Part shown: in pieces, positions 57,273 to 64,000 of the stretch
Numbering within the stretch: the first letter of the stretch is position 1
How the letters are laid out: each line of letters opens with the position of its first letter
NCBI RefSeq assembly: GCF_009914755.1
Contig: NC_060942.1
Origin: the human T2T-CHM13v2.0 reference genome, Homo sapiens
Strand: one strand, 5' to 3'
Length of the DNA stretch: 64,000 nt
Program-made: the position numbers and the translations under genes
Notes under the pieces: model-generated
Database searches by the model: none
What the model saw: the letters and a program-made list of their open reading frames with translations, nothing else
What the model was told of the DNA's origin: nothing

Positions 57273-59269
57273 AATTTTTCTTGCTGACATGCAAAAGTAC
57301 TTCCCAACAATATCATCGTGATGAATTCACCATCGTCCAGGTTAGAGTCTTCAGCATGGAAATCTTCAATCCCTGGTTTTCTCGGTAGCGTGAGGTCCAG
57401 TTCTTAGGGGAGTCCTTATAATTAGCCAATCCTATGGAGACTGATGGTGAACTTCCTTGGTAACTCATAATTCATGATGACAAATAAAATGACTTATGTC
57501 TAAAAATACTCAAGTCATGATGAAGAGTGCATGGTCCGTGACAGGCAAACCAAAACTAAAAACAAATGAGCTACGGGAACTGAGTGCTTAATGGCATCAG
57601 ATCTTTTTACTAAATATGTTTATTTCCACAACAGAGAAGTTGCTTCCCAGTGGCACACCCAGATGCTTCATGGAAGGGCACACCTCTGGGGTGGTGCTGG
57701 GTTCAGACTGGCATGGTATCCACACTTCTCCTGATGCTAGCTTTCTCTAGGCCCTCTGTTAGCTCGTCCCGCTTCTGATGGACACATTTTTTTTTCCCTT
57801 TGCTATGTCAACACCATCACTATGATCTCATCCATCAGGTATATTACTAAGCAAGAAAAGAGGCTCTGTCTTCTAAACAATTCAAATAAGACCTGGTACC
57901 TCTTCCACACAACAGTTCCTTAGGTGTTTCTGCAAACTCTAAGAGTGCCTTCAGATGACACCCTTTCCCCATCACCCCCCTAGGAGGCAGAAACACCAAA
58001 CAGAAGCTACCAAAGTGGCCAGACATGGTCCAAAGCTTTCACAGCTGGGAGTTCTGAGAGTTGGAGCAGAGACTTTGCAGCCAGGGGAGATGATATATTA
58101 ACATATATCTGAGTATTGATATATTTGAATTTTTCAAATCCCAGAACGTAAAGGGTCCACTATGAATTTGCGTTCCCTCTTCCATGTATAAAACCAGATC
58201 TGCCCAAGATAATATTTATTTTCACACATCATTTGGAAGTATCTGTTTCATTTCATTATCTATGTTGAATGAAAAGGTTATGTCATTTGGACTTGAGCCT
58301 GAGCAGAGAGTGCCCTGTCATTATAAGGCTGTAAAAACAACCTCCTCTTCCTCCTCTCCACGCTGTGTTCCCTGGACATCTACCTGTTCCAGGTTTAAGT
58401 TCTGGGCTAGGTCAGTGACGTCTGAGAAGAGAGACTTCAGGGTGCCTCTTGCCCTCTTGTTAAGCAGAGCATGGTATAAATACCTCAGCAGCATTCTGGA
58501 CTAAAGCTCTGTCAAAACAACTGCTACTGAGTCGTTTAATTTGTGGAAAGGAAATCTTATTTGGAAAAATAAAGTTCTTAGTTCCTTGCAACATTCTTAC
58601 ACTGCGGTAGGGCTCAGAATGCTGGAGAAAGCACTTCGAGACCTGAAACCCAGCCCTGTTATTAGTAATTCATTTGCTTTAGGACATGTGGGAGAAAATG
58701 CATTCCTTGGCTTTTGGGTCCAGGTAGGCAGCTCTGCCAGCAACAACTTGGAAACACTTTGGAGCTGAGTGCTTTGTGGGCTGCGGCAGCGTGGTAAGGA
58801 GGCTGCCCTCCTGCCGAAGCTGCGAGGGCAGTTGGAAAGGCGCTTATTTTGTCTGGTAAAAGCAAATTTCCAGGCTTAGCTAAGCATGTTGTGCAACCTA
58901 GCCCCACTGAATGCCTATGGGAATGCTCTAAGATGCCCAGTGAGCATTTCTTTATGCAACAGTGCATTTTCATTTTCAACGTAAGACTCTTTTGAGCCCA
59001 GTTCTTGTATCTAAAGGTCTTATGGTGTCAGGGCCACGAGATTGTGTGGGGCCTATGGGTCACAGGTTAAAATCTAGAGTGGGTTCCTGTGCATTCTCAG
59101 TATATTCTATGCCAGACTATGGAAATGAACCCTCTACAACAGGAGACACCATTACTCAGTAAATGCACATGTAAAATAATCAGATAATCCGTGAGTCATC
59201 AATATTTATTCAATTGTTAGTGGTAATAGAGAAGAACAATACCATAACTCACCTATTTTGGACACTTAG

Positions 59270-60106
<837 letters not shown>

Positions 60107-60929
60107 GGTGTGCCCTTTTAAAAAATATTTTGCTCAGGCTGTTGCTGAATGAGCTTGCATTTCTCAGGATGGTACACACAAATTAATAGCATAGAAAAGT
60201 GGCCAGGAAGTGTGCTGCATCTGAAGAGGAATCGAGTTTGAGAGTAACCCTTCTACAGCACGTGTTGTACAAAGTCCTCATGGCTCCACCCGCGGGATGC
60301 TCAGAGAGCCCTTCTCTGCACAACATTTCTTACACTGCCTTCCTGCCAATACCCCAGGGCACAAGCACCTGGTTTTTTCACCCATTCAGCTTGCATTATT
60401 GTAGCACTTTGATTCCAAAACACAAAAAAAGTCTTTCATATATTTCTTTTTATTGATTCCCCCAACAAGCAAGTAAAAGATGTGAAGTCACATATCACTT
60501 TCCATCAAGAGACAGTGGTCACTGATTAGTGGATCAGTCCAAGGCCAGTGCTGTTCACGTGTCTATCCGTGCTCCCCTTGAAGGGCAGGATTGAAATCAT
60601 GCTCCTCTAGTTTTTAGACATCTAGCCAGAGGAGGGAAGAGTGCCCAGAACCTTAACATTCAACTCAGAATTCACCAGGACCATGGGAAGCCCAAGCCCT
60701 TCCAGGAAGATTCCCTGAGCCCTTTGACCTCCCTGATGTCTCCCTTTCGTGGTCTCCTACTGCACTTAGTGCTCTGCACCCCTTCTCAGATGGTGACTTC
60801 AGTCTCATCCTGTCCTGTAACGTTTTCATGAGTGTTTGTCTTCATTCAGCCATGGGATACAATGTTATATTGGGTGGTCAGCCCTTTTTGAAGGGTTAAC
60901 ATTGGACTGAACCTTCAGTGATTAATATC

Positions 60930-61355
60930 ACCAATTGGGATCCTTAGGAAACAGACTCTGGAATGAAGATTAGCACACAGGAGGTTCTCAGGGAGTGCTT
61001 GTGGGATCAGCGCCCATGGAATGGAGAGGAAGGAAGTGGCATTGGGCAGAGGGAGAAGCTGAGCTATGAAGGCCTCAGCCGACCCCGCAGGGGGCTCTGG
61101 AGCTGAGATAGCTTTTTAGAGTTGCCCTGAGTTGGGGCAAGGGGACAGGCACCTGCTCATGAGATAATCAGTCATTGGATGGTGGCTCCTCCAAAAAGGA
61201 AGCATGACCTTGGGAGGGGCATCTCTCTTTGGCAGAGGCAATGCCAGAAGGCGGCTCACAGCTGAGGGCTATCTGCCGGCAACACTTTGAGCACCTAGGG
61301 GAACAAGTTCTTCATTTCTGCAGAGGAATCTCAGCACTGTGATATAGCAACCATA
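60930..61355 (-). mobile_element. LTR16C
   Basis: GGAAACAGACTCTG...TTGGGCAGAGGGAGAAG...GGCCTCAGCCGACCCC...GCTCTGGAGCTG. Confidence 0.85.
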
Positions 61356-61423
61356 GCAACGAAACACAAACATAGAAAGGAAAAGTATTCCAGGTAGAGG
61401 AAACAGCAAATACAAAAGCCCTA

Positions 61424-62141
<718 letters not shown>

Positions 62142-62724
62142 TAGCTTGGCATGTGCAAGCAATGGGAAGAAAAAATACAAATCCATCACTAGGAATGTCA
62201 CAAAAGACAGGGAGCGAAGAGAAGGCAGGAGCTGATTGTCCATGAGTTCAGTATTTATTCTAGTAGCAGTGGGGAGTTTTTTGAGGGTTTTAAGCAGAAG
62301 AGTAACAGGATTTATTTATACTTTCAAAGATTGCCCTGGCTGCTGTATGTGGGCCATAGGGGTGAGTGTACAGCGGGGAGACAGCAGGGCACAGTTGTAG
62401 CAGTCAGGGTATGAGGCTACAGTAACTTGGATGAGGGTTATGGCGGTGAAGCTGATGAGGAGTGGCTGAATTCAGGATTTATCTTAGGGGATAGAGCCAA
62501 TAGGACTTGCTGATAGGTCGAATGTAGGATATGAGAGGGAAAGAGAACTAAAGATGACTCCTAGGTTTGTAGCCTGCCCAACTGGGGAGCTGGCTGGAGC
62601 ATTAGCTAAGATGGGGAAAACTGGGAAAGAAAGAGTTAGGGTGTGGGTATGTGTGGAACGGAAGGAAGATAGAGGGGCAAAGAAGGGCTCAGGATTGTTT
62701 TGAATATGGTAAGTCTGAGATTCC

Positions 62725-63245
62725 TGTCTTAGTTTTTGTTCCCAGAGAAAAATTCTGAGATAAGAGTTTGAATGCAAGTTTATTTCGATAGTTTATTGCA
62801 TTTATTGTTATGCAAACAATATTGCAATAAACTTGGATCCTTGGAGGCGAGCCAAGGAAACACAGATTGGGTGATGTGGAAGTAAGACAGGGAAGAGAGG
62901 GCAGGCAACAAGGGGTGAGTTTATTTAAAAAGACACCAGTGTATATACCAGTGGAGCTTAATACTGCTGGAGAACTCTGGGAAACAGTACAGAGCATGTG
63001 CCTAACAGTGGTTCCCTGGGAAAGGTAAGGAGGCTGGGGTAATTATCAACCACTCCCGTCAGTGCTCTGGGATTAATTGATTCCTTGGGGTGATTGATTC
63101 CTTGGCACTTGTGCCATGTAGGCTGGAGCACAGCAGGCTCTGACAGCCAGAGGACATCCCAGGCAAAGAGGCAGGGGCTGGCAACTGGAAGCCAGGCTGG
63201 TGGGCACTGAGATGGCAAGGGCTGAAGGGATACTGGTGGGCAAGA
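62725..63245 (-). mobile_element. LTR33 (ERVL)
   Basis: TGTCTTAGT...TTTGAATGCAAGT...GGAGCTTAATACTGCTGGAGAACTCTGGGAAACAGT...GCTGGGGTAATTAT...ACTCCCGTCAGT. Confidence 0.85.
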
Positions 63246-64000
63246 AGAGTTTCATAGTCAAGGCCTGATTAGGACACCAGATAACACAAGGAGAGGGGCT
63301 GGTATTCGGGGAGGTCAAGTGCAAGGGCCAGTATCACAGTTCAGTCTGGAGTCACAAAGAGAAGACAAGCAGTAGGTGAGGCAGCAGTTAGATCAGAATG
63401 ACGCCCATGGACAGAGCTTATGGGCACTGGCACATCTTTTGAAGACCCTGAGTCAATATTAAGAGTGGACATCTCCAGTTCTAGAATCTCAGTGGATTGA
63501 TTGAGATTGGGTGCATCATCCAAGGATGTCAGAGTTGCTTCTGCGGGGAACTTGCCTAAAGACTGATTAGGTGACTTTTCAAGGCTGCCTACAAACCTGA
63601 GCTTCTATGAGTTCCTCTTTTACAAATGCAGAAATCGTGGTGCAAGAAAGATAAGAAAAACCCTTAGACTCTAAAAGTGTGCTGATGCCCCTAGCTAAAG
63701 AACACTGCACACATGAAAGCTCATCGCAGTGACTTTTTCCACAAAGGAGGTGTGAATATTTTATCAATATTCATGAAAAATAATTTTGTAAGGTAAGCAT
63801 GTCAAAATATGTCAAACCCGAAGGTCACATTTTCCAGAATTCTTTTTGTCCCATATTATGTTTCAATGCAGCATCATCTTTCTGTCCAGCATAAGTGCCC
63901 CAGGCAATGGTAATCATTTCATTACTTAATTGAAGTCCTAATTATATTAGGATCTATTGTCAAATGTGGTCCTGTCTTCATTACAACACTTCATTACAAC

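Overview
Human/primate-type, repeat-rich non-coding DNA (intergenic or deep intronic). I see no credible protein-coding exon, tRNA, rRNA, snRNA or CpG island. The longer ORFs in the track are Alu, L1, LTR or microsatellite artefacts. Roughly half or more of the window is recognisable interspersed repeat. That includes about 30 Alus (J, S, Y and monomers), L1 fragments (L1PA, L1PB, L1MA, L1MB, L1ME), L2/MIR, many solo LTRs (MLT1A-H, MSTA/MSTB-C, LTR16, LTR33, LTR47, MER57, MER34/39) and a diverse set of DNA transposons. The DNA transposons are a near full-length HSMAR2 mariner with a readable dead transposase, MADE1, a hAT-Charlie transposase remnant, MER63, MER45A, MER33 and MER5. Subfamily names come from remembered consensus sequences and need RepeatMasker/Dfam confirmation; many boundaries are approximate. 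I cannot support a new biological system here. The best leads are: a motif-dense TATA/splice-donor cassette directly upstream of a miR-548-like MADE1 hairpin (8.1-8.5 kb); a nuclear-receptor/CTCF motif cluster (16.6-17.2 kb); an AluY with a possible 3' transduction inside its TSD; an Alu-L1MA fusion; repeatedly reused insertion sites; and several template-switch scars.
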